DNA of 56,772 nucleotides from a virus. Taxonomy: Duplodnaviria; Caudoviricetes. The notes beneath the pieces were generated by a model, which saw only the letters and a program-made list of their open reading frames with translations, was not told the origin of the DNA and made no database searches. Location of the stretch: IMG/VR virus record IMGVR_UViG_3300037511_000152, positions 1 through 56,772 of that record, one strand, 5' to 3'. Numbering within the stretch: position 1 is the stretch's first letter; the number at the start of each line of letters is the position of its first letter. Shown in pieces: positions 35,397-45,603 of the stretch. Position numbers and translations under genes: made by a program.

Positions 35397-36191
35397 TTAC
35401 GTGGTCAGCCGGCCGGCCACGTACACACGCTCGGTGGTGTCGTCGCGCTTCAGGATTTCCAGCGCGAACTCACCCTTTTGCCAATCGTCGCCCTTCAGCG
35501 AGAAATCGCCGTTCGGGGTCAGCTTGACATACGGGAAGTAGTAGTCGCGCTGAGGGCCGTAGGCGTTCGCAGAGACGAAGCGCAGGGCGCCGTACACCTG
35601 TTGACCCGCCGAGATCACCTGATCGAACGTGCCTGCCGCCAGCTTGTATTCGATCGTGAAATCGGTCATGCCGTCGATCGTGGTTTCTGCCGGCGCGTCA
35701 ACCACGTCGATCCGCCCGGTATCGAGGTGCACAACGAAGTTCCCCGTGGCGGAGACCGTGGTCGGCGTCCCGCCGGTCGTCTTCACCGTAACTTCCGACA
35801 GGCCGCGCACGCCCAGGGGGTGAGTGGCGTCCAGGCCGATCTGCAACGACGTGCCCGGGGTGAGCTTGCGCGTCTCCGAGACAGGGGTCGTGCCCGTGGC
35901 GGTCTGCGTGACGACACTGGCGTCGCCCGAGAACAGTAGCGCGATGTTCTCTTTCGAGATCGAGTCGAACTGCACCGTGCCGGTCTGCGTCGATTGCAGC
36001 GTCACCACGATATCCTTTTGCTTCAGACCCTCATCACTATCGAAGTGGTCGAGGTTTTCGTCCGAGCGCGAGGTCGAGAACGACGGCGTGTTGCCGAGGT
36101 AGCGTTCCGCGCCATTGCCGATTTTGGCGTTGGTGGCGAAACGCTCGAAGTAAATCTTACCCCGGCCCAGGACTTGTTGCTGTGCAGCCAT
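35397..36191 (-). CDS. major tail (tube) protein
   Basis: VLGRGKIYF...RYLGNTP...LTPNGDFSLKGDDW. Confidence 0.9.
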   Translation of the reverse strand: MAAQQQVLGRGKIYFERFATNAKIGNGAERYLGNTPSFSTSRSDENLDHFDSDEGLKQKDIVVTLQSTQTGTVQFDSISKENIALLFSGDASVVTQTATGTTPVSETRKLTPGTSLQIGLDATHPLGVRGLSEVTVKTTGGTPTTVSATGNFVVHLDTGRIDVVDAPAETTIDGMTDFTIEYKLAAGTFDQVISAGQQVYGALRFVSANAYGPQRDYYFPYVKLTPNGDFSLKGDDWQKGEFALEILKRDDTTERVYVAGRLTT

Positions 36192-36208
36192 GATGGCCTC
36201 CTTTGCAG

Positions 36209-36742
36209 TTAAAGTTCGTTCGGCGCCGTGTACGGGCGACGCACGTCGTACACAAGGCTGATCGTCACCGGAAGGTAGAAGAACGCCTTGCTCGAAATGT
36301 CTCGTTGCGGCGGATGCGCTAGGCCGGGGCCGTACGCTAGTCCGCCGATGAGACCTCCGAGATTGTAGGCATCCGGAAACTCCGGATTGCCTGAACTCTC
36401 ATTGATGGAGATGACCTGCCCGAGGCACTGTTCCACTGCGGCCATGAGTGCATAAGCAGGGTCGGACGGGTTCTCCTTGTCGTCTTGCGCGAAGCCCTGG
36501 ATCAGGATCAGCCATGGTTCGCTGCGGCGTGTTTGTTCTTCCCCCGCCTCGATACCTGAGCCCGGCTTCAGCGGCTCAAGAATCGACAGGAAGGGGACCT
36601 GTCCGAGCATCTCTTCCCCGAAAACAGTCTTGCCCCGCTTCACCTTTCCAGCCAGATCAACGTCATAGCCGTTAGCGATGGTGATCGTCTCCAGGTGTGC
36701 GGTGAGAGCCTTCAGCACCCGAAGGCGCAGCGAATCGGCCAT
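36209..36742 (-). CDS. tail terminator-like protein
   Basis: ITIANGY..DL...V.RG...P.LSILE; synteny. Confidence 0.8.
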   Translation of the reverse strand: MADSLRLRVLKALTAHLETITIANGYDVDLAGKVKRGKTVFGEEMLGQVPFLSILEPLKPGSGIEAGEEQTRRSEPWLILIQGFAQDDKENPSDPAYALMAAVEQCLGQVISINESSGNPEFPDAYNLGGLIGGLAYGPGLAHPPQRDISSKAFFYLPVTISLVYDVRRPYTAPNEL

Positions 36743-36743
36743 G

Positions 36744-37361
36744 TCATGCTCCGGCGAGGCGCGAGAACTGACGCAGGAATTCATCGCCTAGGTAGTCTAG
36801 GACGGGTTGCGTCACTTTGTCGCTCACATCGCGAAATACCTGCTCCACGGAAGGCCCGTAGAGCAGATACAGGTTTTTGCCAAACGGGCGCGCTTGTTCT
36901 TTCTTGCTGTGCACGCCTTGCCCGTCTTTCGTGCGCAGCACAATACCGACGTTTCCGTTTTCGGCATTAAGCAGGTTGCCGGCCTTCAGCGTCACAACGA
37001 ACGCGCTTTTCATCACACGACTCTCACCGGGCTTTACGCGCACCGTGACGCCCGTTTGACGCTTTCCAGGTACGGGAGCACCAACCAGGAAGCGAGCGAG
37101 GCTGGTGGGCCTGCCACGGGCCGTCACGATGGCTTCCAGATCGGCACTTGTGGCCCGTTTGGAAGCCGAGAAACGTTGATCGTTCAAATAGCCCTTCGGA
37201 AAGGCGATTTGAGCGAGCATTTCTTCCCGCGAAAGAGGAATGACCTTGCGGTCGACCGTCTGGTTGATGGCAAGACGGGCAGCCGTCGTTGTAACTTCGG
37301 GCAGCCCGTTCAGATAGTCTTTGAAGCCGAGCAGACCTTCGGCGTCGAGGTAGACGCTCAT
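36744..37361 (-). CDS. neck/tail completion protein (gpZ-like)
   Basis: ARLAINQT...LYGPSV.QVF; synteny. Confidence 0.8.
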   Translation of the reverse strand: MSVYLDAEGLLGFKDYLNGLPEVTTTAARLAINQTVDRKVIPLSREEMLAQIAFPKGYLNDQRFSASKRATSADLEAIVTARGRPTSLARFLVGAPVPGKRQTGVTVRVKPGESRVMKSAFVVTLKAGNLLNAENGNVGIVLRTKDGQGVHSKKEQARPFGKNLYLLYGPSVEQVFRDVSDKVTQPVLDYLGDEFLRQFSRLAGA

Positions 37362-37720
37362 GGGGTGCCTCGCGTAACGATCCAGATGCGCTCGATAGGC
37401 CCGTCGTCCGGCTCCTGCGCACCCAGGACAAACGAAAAGCCACCCATCAGGGCCTCCACGGTCACGACACCACCTTCGGCCAGGGTAACGCTTTTGGCTG
37501 CCAGTTCTTCGCGGTCGAAGATGATCCGGTCGATGCCTTCGACGATCTCAGCCCAGCCCTGGTTGTCGAGATCGCCAACGCGATTGATCTTGTTGTGCCA
37601 GCGTACACCCAATGCGACAGACGCCCCGCCGCCCGGCGGAACATACGCCGCCTCGACCTTCAGCGAATCGTGAAGGGCGCGGCGAGCGTCGTACTTCATC
37701 TGGGCGAACGGGGAAGTCAT
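37358..37720 (-). CDS. head-tail adaptor
   Basis: ARRALH...VRWHNK; synteny. Confidence 0.75.
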   Translation of the reverse strand: MTSPFAQMKYDARRALHDSLKVEAAYVPPGGGASVALGVRWHNKINRVGDLDNQGWAEIVEGIDRIIFDREELAAKSVTLAEGGVVTVEALMGGFSFVLGAQEPDDGPIERIWIVTRGTP

Positions 37721-37722
37721 GA

Positions 37723-37950
37723 TCAGAGCGGGTCGTCTTCTTCGGTCTTCTTCACAACGGCCTTCGGCGCCGAAGGAACTTCGACCTTTTCCAGCGCCAT
37801 CGTCCCTTCGGGTGCGAGGGCTTCTTTGTTCAGGCGCATGATGTCGTCGATTTCAGACTGGGTGAAGTCAAACGACTGATCGGGCAGCACGTGGAGCATC
37901 TTCCCCTTGCGGGAAACGATGATCCGTTGTCGAGCGGTACGTTCGGGCAT
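37723..37950 (-). CDS. small protein after the capsid gene (gpFI-like position)
   Basis: AGGAG RBS; synteny. Confidence 0.7.
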   Translation of the reverse strand: MPERTARQRIIVSRKGKMLHVLPDQSFDFTQSEIDDIMRLNKEALAPEGTMALEKVEVPSAPKAVVKKTEEDDPL

Positions 37951-37974
37951 TTTGTTTTCTCCTGGTTTCGGGAT

Positions 37975-37999
37975 GGAAGCCCGGACTAGCCGGGCTTCC
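37975..37999 (-). terminator. hairpin after the major capsid gene
   Basis: GGAAGCCCGG/CCGGGCTTCC 10-bp stem. Confidence 0.6.
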
Positions 38000-38029
38000 T
38001 GTCTACCTGCTTACCTTTCGCCGAAAGGC

Positions 38030-39067
38030 TTAGGCGTCCTGAACGATCATCAGGAACGTCGCGTTCGGCTCGCGCGGCACCATAAGCGGCGCCGACTGAA
38101 CCATCGCGTACGTCACCGAGGGATCGTCTTCGTCCCACATCTTCGGGAAGCGCGACAGCGCAACGAAGCCCGCACGGCGGTCCTTGATGGCGCCGAAGCA
38201 GCGCACGCCGCCAACGCCCGGTCCGGAGCCGTGCACAGCGTTCGTCGGGAACAGTTGAACTTCCGTACCGTCGTCGGCGGTGTACGAGTCGGCGTAGGTC
38301 CAGAGTTCCACCGGAGCGGTGTTCGGGCCGGACAGGATGCCTCGGAACTGCTGCGGCGAACCATCACCCAGTTTGGCGTTGTACTCCGTGCTGCCACCAC
38401 GAACTTGATTCGACAGCAACGCCTTCACGTCCGCGTTCTTCACGAACGACTGCCATGCATGCAAGCCGAACGTGAGGCGGTTGATCGGGCTGCGCGCCAG
38501 TTGGTACGACGTGGTGCGGATGTCTTCGATGTTCTGAAGCGGATCGGCACCCGACTGATCCCAGCGAGCCGTTCCCGACAGGGTGGCGGTCAGCGAGGAG
38601 TCGCGACCGAAGTCCACACGTACGAGCGGGTAGTCGTCACCTTCCACGTCCACGTAGCCGTAGATGGCCGCCATCGCCGCCATCCACTCCAGGCGGTTGT
38701 CGATGCGGTTGTTCATCTCCAGCAGCGTGTCGGCCAGGGCGGCGTCGAAGCGCTCCGCGATCGATAGTTCGCCGAGCGGCTGTTCGCCGGCACGACGCTT
38801 CAGGGCACGGGTGTAATCCACCACGTCCTTCGGCTTCACGTAGGCCGGACGGAACGCCTTGGTCGAGTAGCCGCGCGACTTGATGACCTTGCCCTGCACG
38901 TTCGGTGCAACGAACGGAGCCAGCTTCTTGTCCGTGCGAATCTTATCGAACAGGATTTCCTCCTGCTCGAAAACGACTTCATCCGGGAAGAGACCGAGCC
39001 AGTACGGCGAGAGTACCGGCTGAACGCGCAGCACTTCCAGCAGTGTCGCGGTATCGTAGATTTCCAT
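38030..39067 (-). CDS. major capsid protein (lambda gpE family)
   Basis: LAPFVAP.VQG...FRPAYVKPK...R.EWMAA...QSAPLMVP. Confidence 0.95.
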   Translation of the reverse strand: MEIYDTATLLEVLRVQPVLSPYWLGLFPDEVVFEQEEILFDKIRTDKKLAPFVAPNVQGKVIKSRGYSTKAFRPAYVKPKDVVDYTRALKRRAGEQPLGELSIAERFDAALADTLLEMNNRIDNRLEWMAAMAAIYGYVDVEGDDYPLVRVDFGRDSSLTATLSGTARWDQSGADPLQNIEDIRTTSYQLARSPINRLTFGLHAWQSFVKNADVKALLSNQVRGGSTEYNAKLGDGSPQQFRGILSGPNTAPVELWTYADSYTADDGTEVQLFPTNAVHGSGPGVGGVRCFGAIKDRRAGFVALSRFPKMWDEDDPSVTYAMVQSAPLMVPREPNATFLMIVQDA

Positions 39068-39121
39068 TTCTTTCTCCTGGTGCGCTGGGTGTCCTTGTCT
39101 ACCCGGCGGCGTGGTTGTCTA

Positions 39122-39511
39122 TTAGCCGTCGATCTCTTCGATCAGGATCGGCGTACGAGCGAAAGCAGCCTTGCGCTCGGCTACGGTGTCGGTTGCTGCG
39201 TTCCACACCAGAGCGGCGTGGTTGAAGCAGCCGGCCACGTAGATCGAGACCTGCTTGTTGCCCGTCGTCGCGGCCTTCGGCTGGCACGCGATACCGACCG
39301 CGAACTGCGAGCCATCGGACGCAGCCGGATCGTGCGGGACGATCAGGCCGGTCGCGGCGATAACGCCGACCACGCGGTATTTTTCGAGCGTGGTTGCCGC
39401 TGCGCACGGGTAATCCGTGGTAACAGGGTCCACTTCGCCTGCGAACAGTTGGAACGGGGTGTAGGTGCCCACGTCACGGTTCGCGGCGAGATCGCTATCA
39501 ATCAGAGCCAT
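39122..39511 (-). CDS. head decoration protein (gpD-like)
   Basis: DP.ASDGSQ.AVGI...Y.AG.FN..ALVW. Confidence 0.9.
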   Translation of the reverse strand: MALIDSDLAANRDVGTYTPFQLFAGEVDPVTTDYPCAAATTLEKYRVVGVIAATGLIVPHDPAASDGSQFAVGIACQPKAATTGNKQVSIYVAGCFNHAALVWNAATDTVAERKAAFARTPILIEEIDG

Positions 39512-39574
39512 TTTGCTCTCTCCTGGTTATTGCCCCGGTTGCCCGGTACGAAAACGCCTCGCGGCGAATCTGGG

Positions 39575-40879
39575 TTAAGCGTCGAGCTTCTTGCCGTGTG
39601 CCTTGGCCTGCGCGGCCAGGATGCGGTTAGAAGGCTTGGCTGCGGCTTCTTCGGTGGTCTTGGCGCCGGTATTGGCGGTCACGCCAGCGCCGCCGTCACG
39701 GTCCATAGCAGCACGGAAGCCCGTGTCGCCTGCCGGCGCTTCGGAAGTAACTTCCGGGGCCGAAGCGGTCAAGATGGCCTTGGCGTCTTCCACCGACAGA
39801 TCGGTGTTCATCGCCAGATGCGAAGCCAGCTTCGACTTGCCCTTGGCTTCTTCACAGCTTGTGATGGCGGACATGCGGGCGCGTTCGGCACTTTTCGCTT
39901 CGGCTTGCGCCTTGGCGATGTCCTCGGCAGTCAGGGCGGCCTTACCGTCGCCCGGCTTTTCGGTCGTTGTCATGCTGATCCCCTTTTGGGTGGTTGAGCC
40001 GGATAGCTCGGTAATGAACGCCGAGATTGCCGCTTGCGGAGTGGCGATCTCGTCGATGAGGCCCAGTTTGAGCGCGTCGTCGGCATTGTATGTCAAAGCC
40101 TCGGTGTCGCGAACAGCCTGGGCGTCCATCCCGCGATTTTCTGCAACCACGGAGACGAACTTATCGTAGGACTTGTTGACGTTGCCCTGAATGCGCTTGG
40201 CAACGTCGGCCGGCAAGTCCTGGAACATGTTGCCGTCCACCTTGTGAGCGCCGGCATGGATGAAGCTGATGTTGATGCCATTTTTCTCCAGCAGCCCTTG
40301 CACCGAGGCGTGCATCACAACGACGCCCACGGAGCCGGCGCCTGCGGACGGGGCGGCTACCACCTTGGTGGCTGAAGACGCGATGGCATAGCCGGCGGAA
40401 TAGGCGGCCGAATCGATGATCGCCATCGACGGCTTCTCGGCGCGCGAAGCTAGGATATCCGCGCACAACTCGAAGCAGCCTGCGGCCTCTCCGCCATTCG
40501 AATTCAGATCGAACACGATGCCCTTGACGTCCGGATCGGCCAGGGCTGCCTGCATCTGGTTGCGGATGAAGTTGTAGCCCGTGACACTGCCCCACGAGGA
40601 CGAGAACCGGTTCAGGAGCGTACCCCAGACCGGAATAATAGCCAGCCCTTCCTGGAAGGCGAACGGCTTGTCCGGCGGGTTGTTGCCGTTAAAACCGTAG
40701 GCCATGCGGACGTTGTTCGGGCCGTTGCGCTTGCAGGCCTCGTGCTCCAGGCTGTCGTCGGACTCCTTCAGCGTATGGAAAAGCTGAAGGGCATACTCAC
40801 GTGTCACGAGGTGAGGCGAAATCAGGGCCTCATGGAGGTTGAAGCGCCCCAGTACCTCGGTAGCCATTTTCATGCTCAT
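39575..40879 (-). CDS. prohead protease (S49) with C-terminal scaffold
   Basis: D.NS.GGEA.G, AYSAGYAIAS, GSVGVV, V...RG motifs. Confidence 0.9.
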   Translation of the reverse strand: MSMKMATEVLGRFNLHEALISPHLVTREYALQLFHTLKESDDSLEHEACKRNGPNNVRMAYGFNGNNPPDKPFAFQEGLAIIPVWGTLLNRFSSSWGSVTGYNFIRNQMQAALADPDVKGIVFDLNSNGGEAAGCFELCADILASRAEKPSMAIIDSAAYSAGYAIASSATKVVAAPSAGAGSVGVVVMHASVQGLLEKNGINISFIHAGAHKVDGNMFQDLPADVAKRIQGNVNKSYDKFVSVVAENRGMDAQAVRDTEALTYNADDALKLGLIDEIATPQAAISAFITELSGSTTQKGISMTTTEKPGDGKAALTAEDIAKAQAEAKSAERARMSAITSCEEAKGKSKLASHLAMNTDLSVEDAKAILTASAPEVTSEAPAGDTGFRAAMDRDGGAGVTANTGAKTTEEAAAKPSNRILAAQAKAHGKKLDA

Positions 40880-42516
40880 TGCGAGGCTCCTTGATCGTTG
40901 GTGTTGTCGGCCAGGGTGCCTTGCGTCGACACCCCTGCCGTTGTCTTCTGCGCGTCGAGATTGAATTCGAGGCCGTACTTGTTCGCAAGTTCTTTCTCAC
41001 GCTTGGCTTGACGGAACATCGTCCGCCAGTCGCCACCAAGACGTGCGCACTCCGATTCGAACGTAGAGACGCCGCCCTTGATACGCAGCAACATGGCTTG
41101 CGTTTCTTTCAGTTCGTCGATCTGCGGCATGCCGGCGCCGATCCAGGAGCAGGCACCCAGAGCTTCCTTCATCAGGGGTTGGTAGAAGAGATCGGAGAAA
41201 CGCTGACGAGACCAACCCACTGGACGCGGGGTGTCACCATCGTTGATCATCTCTTCCAACACGAGCAGATAGCACTCAGTGGCGAACCGGTCAGCGGTCT
41301 TCGCCTTGATAGCCTGCATCGCGCGACGAGTCGTCGCCATGCCGGCGCGCAAGCTGGAGTAGTTCGACTTGCTGAACTCTCGCATGAACTCTTCCACGCT
41401 GAGGCCAAGCGGCGCAGCCACGTGGCGCAACAGCGAGGTCTCGAAGTCCGTGCCGACACCGCCAGGGGTGCCCATTGGCTTCAGGCTCAACTTCGTGCCT
41501 GGAAACAGATGCGGGATCTTCGCGCCGTCGATGGCGATGTTATTCGACGAGCCGATGTAAGCCATCAGGCTTTCCATGTACTCGGCAAGCGCCTTCTGAT
41601 ACGAGGCGTCGCCACCCATCTGCTGGAACAGCACGTCAGGTGGCAACTCGCTTTCGATAGCTGCGGCGAACGAGGCGTTCACGACCGCGTTTTGTAGCGT
41701 GATGTCCTGGAACTTCTTGGTCATCTTCATCTGCTTCATGCCGGCCACGAGGTCGCTGATGCCGCGCGACTGATCAGGCTGGTGCTTGTCGTAGATGTGG
41801 ATGACTTGACGGCGGCCCCACGGCTTCGACGCGGGCACAAACTTCCAGGTGAGTTGATTCGGGTCCGGCCAGTTGTCGCCAGGGTCTGCGTTCTGGATGT
41901 TGTAGCCAACCGGTTTGCCGAGCGTGGCGTACTGAATACCGCGACGCAGGTTCACCGAGTCTGACACTCCGTTCGGATTCGTCAGGCGCGCCGGCGAGAC
42001 CATCTGAATGCACGTCGAGTAGGCGCGGCCCAGACCGCGATCCCATTCAGCCGTAGCCAAGACCTCACCAGTGTGGAAGCGCGACATGATCGCGAGACGA
42101 ACAAGGTCGCTGAAAGGCAGTACGCCTTGCGCATCCAGGTAGCCGGCGGTGGATTCCGCAAACAGGGTGAACCGGGCTTCCACGGCTTCCTGGAATTCAG
42201 CGGCCCAAACGTCGTCGAACGGAGCGCCGAGGACTTGGATGTTCGGATTGGCGTTCAGCAAATACGCCAGACCGATAATCGAATCACGCTGGAACGTTGC
42301 CGCACCGGCCACGTAGCCGTCGTTTTGGCGCAGATCGAGAGCGCGGGCGTCGGCCGTCTTTTTGATCGGGTTGATCATCGCATCGGGCGAGCGCGTCGAG
42401 GCGGCCCAATTGACGGTTTCCCGGGTGTTGCGATCTGCGCCTTCGATGGCGCCGCCGATTGCCTGCTCTTTCAGGCCATCGACCTCAGCGAGTGAGCGAA
42501 CTGTGATTTTCGGCAT
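40876..42516 (-). CDS. portal protein (lambda family)
   Basis: RA.DL.QND.Y, Q.RGIS, NYSSLRA, IDELKE motifs. Confidence 0.95.
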   Translation of the reverse strand: MPKITVRSLAEVDGLKEQAIGGAIEGADRNTRETVNWAASTRSPDAMINPIKKTADARALDLRQNDGYVAGAATFQRDSIIGLAYLLNANPNIQVLGAPFDDVWAAEFQEAVEARFTLFAESTAGYLDAQGVLPFSDLVRLAIMSRFHTGEVLATAEWDRGLGRAYSTCIQMVSPARLTNPNGVSDSVNLRRGIQYATLGKPVGYNIQNADPGDNWPDPNQLTWKFVPASKPWGRRQVIHIYDKHQPDQSRGISDLVAGMKQMKMTKKFQDITLQNAVVNASFAAAIESELPPDVLFQQMGGDASYQKALAEYMESLMAYIGSSNNIAIDGAKIPHLFPGTKLSLKPMGTPGGVGTDFETSLLRHVAAPLGLSVEEFMREFSKSNYSSLRAGMATTRRAMQAIKAKTADRFATECYLLVLEEMINDGDTPRPVGWSRQRFSDLFYQPLMKEALGACSWIGAGMPQIDELKETQAMLLRIKGGVSTFESECARLGGDWRTMFRQAKREKELANKYGLEFNLDAQKTTAGVSTQGTLADNTNDQGASQ

Positions 42517-42518
42517 AG

Positions 42519-42764
42519 TCAGAAGGTGAAACCGAGAGGCCGCTGCGGAAGCGGCGCATTACCGGTTGCAGTGGCGCCGCACACACTGTCGAGAGCGGAC
42601 ACCCAGTCCTTCAGTGCCTGAAGATTGGCAGCGCTGTACTCCACCCGCTCGCCGTTCTGATCGACGAAGACGCGAACTTGCTGCCCCAGAAGTAACTTCC
42701 GCAGAGCAGCCTTCGCGGCAACCAGATCGGCCGGGCAGGTATCGGGGTCGACGATGTATGCCAC
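42519..42764 (-). CDS. head-to-tail joining protein (gpW-like)
   Basis: A...LL.G...V.DQNGERVEY..AN...L; GTG start with AGGAG RBS. Confidence 0.85.
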   Translation of the reverse strand: MAYIVDPDTCPADLVAAKAALRKLLLGQQVRVFVDQNGERVEYSAANLQALKDWVSALDSVCGATATGNAPLPQRPLGFTF

Positions 42765-42782
42765 GTGGCGCTCCTGCAAGAA

Positions 42783-44966
42783 TTAAGCCAGTGCTGAACC
42801 AAATTTGCCGAAATCATAGGCCCCTTTCGAATCCTGTGCAAACCTTTTGTTGCCGTCCGGGGCCGTCACCAAAGCGTTCTTATCCCACTCGGCAGCCCAG
42901 ACCGGCGGGTTGTTCCAATCCAGGGTGTCGGCCTTGATGAACTGGGAGGCACAGAAGCCCAGCACGTAGTAGCACAAATCCCAGGCTTCGTTCCGTGCGC
43001 TGTTAGGGTTCAGCCAGCCTTTGCCCGTGTCTCGGTGCTCCGCGCACATCTCGACGTAGAAGTTATCTGGAAGCCACCCGGGGAAATGGAACATCCCGTG
43101 GGTCGGCACAACACAATCCAGCCGGCCGTTCAAGTCATCTTTCAGCATGTTGGAATTAAGCAACAGAACACCCACGTCGCCACGGGCCGCTGCAAATTTG
43201 TCTTTCCGCTGGGCGTCTGGATACGTTAGTCGTGCGCGCGGGAGCGCCACCTTGGGGTCGCCCTTCAGAAGCTGAAACCGGCCCGAATAGCCAACGAGTT
43301 CCGGCATGTCCTGCGGCGGGTTGCGCAGTCGACGAACGAAGTTGTACGCGTTGGTGGTCACGCCCTCTTTACCGCCTGAGTCACACCCCATCAGTTTGAT
43401 CTGCATGCGTCGGCCGGAGCCATCGGCCAGTGGGTAGGTCTTGTCGAGGCATTGGAAGATCAGTTCGTCCCAGTCTTCTAGATAGCTGTGCGGCTTGACC
43501 CAATCGTGATCGCCGTCCGCGTCCAGGCGTTTGCTCTTTCGAATATCGAATCGATCTATGACCCTCACGTCGAATGGCGTCCCCGGGCAGATGCCAAACA
43601 CTTGAACGACGAACATGTTTTTCTGAACGTCAGCCATCGCCAGCAGGAAACGAACGTCATGCGGAACTTCGCGATAGTCGGCTGGCTTATCGCCCAGGGG
43701 TTCGGCGCGCGACTTCAGGACTTCGGGCAGGCGAGAGTCGATCAAGCCGCGATATTTGTATGGCTCTCCAAGGTCGGTGTTGTAGAACTTCTTCAACGCC
43801 TCTTGAGAGCCAGTCTTTTGGAACTCTTCATCGGCGTTGAAGAAGTTCATCAGAAGTTCCTTCCACGTGACAAACGCCGCCACGACCCCTTTGAGCCAGA
43901 AGGACGCGATCTTCGAGCGGAAAGGCTCGCCCGTGATCTCGCCGCCCTGGTGAATCTCCTGCCCGTCCTTAATCCACACACCGCGCTTATCAATGTCCTT
44001 GCGCATGTCCGGCAGAATATTGAACGAGCAGCATGGGCATTCCATGTAGACGCTCTCCGCGCGCGCCAGCTTATCCTTTTTCTTTTCGTCCCACTTCAGC
44101 ATAGTGAACTCGGGCTCGAACCAGGACTTGCAGTCAGGACACTCCCAGTAGCGGCGGCGGCGGTCTCCACGGTTATACAGCGCCAAGATTCCTTGAACTG
44201 GAGGCGCTTCATGCCGCGTGCTCGCGATCCACGTCTTGGCTTTCTCTGGCTCAAACTCGCGTGATGGGCTGGACTCCGCCAAGGTCATCGCGTACGAGCC
44301 GAACGTCGTGCCCCGCTTCGAGGCGAGATCGTAAGGCGAGCCTTCGCCGTCGATATCGTCTTCCATGCGGTCGTAGTCCGTCAGCCCCACCAGAGGGATC
44401 GGACGCCCTGCGAATTCAGCCACGGAAGGCCACGAGAGCGTGAGGATGATGCCACTCACGTAGTGCTTGTCGAACTTGTTGTCCGTATCCCGCGACTTCT
44501 TCAGTTGAGCGCCGACTTCCGGGCTGTGACGGTGCAGACGGTCAATACGTCGCGTAGAGAAGTCGCGCGCCATCGCCTGTGACGGGTTGTAGATGATCAT
44601 GTCCATCGGATTCACCTTCACCACATAGGTGATCCAATTGATCAGCAGAGCATCCGTCTTGCCGCACTGCGCCGGCCCGACAAACACACAGCCCTTGTAG
44701 TCGCGAGACGCCAGCACATCCATCGGCTCTTGCATATACGGCGTCATGTCGTTGCGCCACGGGCCGCTGTACGAGCCCGGGTTGTTCAAGACACGATATC
44801 TCTCGGCCGCCTCAGAGACAGACAGGCGTTCGATAGGCTGGAAAAGCGGTACCGCCAGTTCTACGACGATCTGGCCCAGGCTGGCATACCCATGGGCCGC
44901 GCTATAGTCCTGCTGCCCGTTCGTCGAGGTCGTCGAGGTCTGGGTCGAAGTCTCCATTTCCTCCAT
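42783..44966 (-). CDS. terminase large subunit (lambda gpA family)
   Basis: PAQCGKT Walker A, ESSP, CPDC/CPCC, RNEAWD; start uncertain (44966 or 44957). Confidence 0.95.
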   Translation of the reverse strand: MEEMETSTQTSTTSTNGQQDYSAAHGYASLGQIVVELAVPLFQPIERLSVSEAAERYRVLNNPGSYSGPWRNDMTPYMQEPMDVLASRDYKGCVFVGPAQCGKTDALLINWITYVVKVNPMDMIIYNPSQAMARDFSTRRIDRLHRHSPEVGAQLKKSRDTDNKFDKHYVSGIILTLSWPSVAEFAGRPIPLVGLTDYDRMEDDIDGEGSPYDLASKRGTTFGSYAMTLAESSPSREFEPEKAKTWIASTRHEAPPVQGILALYNRGDRRRRYWECPDCKSWFEPEFTMLKWDEKKKDKLARAESVYMECPCCSFNILPDMRKDIDKRGVWIKDGQEIHQGGEITGEPFRSKIASFWLKGVVAAFVTWKELLMNFFNADEEFQKTGSQEALKKFYNTDLGEPYKYRGLIDSRLPEVLKSRAEPLGDKPADYREVPHDVRFLLAMADVQKNMFVVQVFGICPGTPFDVRVIDRFDIRKSKRLDADGDHDWVKPHSYLEDWDELIFQCLDKTYPLADGSGRRMQIKLMGCDSGGKEGVTTNAYNFVRRLRNPPQDMPELVGYSGRFQLLKGDPKVALPRARLTYPDAQRKDKFAAARGDVGVLLLNSNMLKDDLNGRLDCVVPTHGMFHFPGWLPDNFYVEMCAEHRDTGKGWLNPNSARNEAWDLCYYVLGFCASQFIKADTLDWNNPPVWAAEWDKNALVTAPDGNKRFAQDSKGAYDFGKFGSALA

Positions 44967-45576
44967 CTCCTCCGCCACTTCCGGAGGCTGCGAATTGGAT
45001 GTCGGCTTCGGTGATTTCACGGATACCGCCTTCTTCCGTGTCGAGTTGGCGTCTTGGCTCATTTGCGAATCGTTCCACAAGTTTTTCACGGACATCAGCC
45101 ATCAAGGCGTCGATGATCTGCTTGCACGCCTCGCGCTGACGGTCTGTCATTTCGGCCTCTCGCTCCACGGCATCAACGGCCAGGAGTAGTGAGGTCCGGA
45201 TCGTCTTGAATACTTCGCCGTAGTGCTCGATCACCACATCAGTCGGCCAGTGCCAGCCCTGCTCCTTCTCGAACTTCAGCCGCTGCATCTTGCCGGCCCA
45301 AAACTCCTTAAGAAGGAGAGGCGGCAGATCACGGTGGTTCATCTTCTTTATGTGAGCTTCGATGTCGCCAATCGGATCGACCAAGTAGGGCGCAGCATCG
45401 CGGATCGAGTAGACCGGGTGCCCCTGGCGTTTTCCACACGGCTTAAGCCCGAAGATTCTCTTTGTGACCGTTCGGTTGTCGTAGCCGAACAAGGTTGCGA
45501 GTTGCGAGACCGACGCACCCTGGAACAACATGACCCGGGTCTGGTCGTCGAACTCGCTTTGTGGTTTAACAGGCAT
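44902..45576 (-). CDS. terminase small subunit
   Basis: N-terminal HTH SVSQLATLFGYDNRTV, LPP.L.K.FW; directly upstream of TerL. Confidence 0.85.
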   Translation of the reverse strand: MPVKPQSEFDDQTRVMLFQGASVSQLATLFGYDNRTVTKRIFGLKPCGKRQGHPVYSIRDAAPYLVDPIGDIEAHIKKMNHRDLPPLLLKEFWAGKMQRLKFEKEQGWHWPTDVVIEHYGEVFKTIRTSLLLAVDAVEREAEMTDRQREACKQIIDALMADVREKLVERFANEPRRQLDTEEGGIREITEADIQFAASGSGGGDGGNGDFDPDLDDLDERAAGL

Positions 45577-45603
45577 ATAGTTCTCCAGTTGCGACTGACG
45601 GTA

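Noticed and set aside
44967-45095. Extended N-terminus of the large terminase from the ORF track
   Set aside because: Deep overlap with TerS; better RBS-associated ATGs at 44966 and 44957
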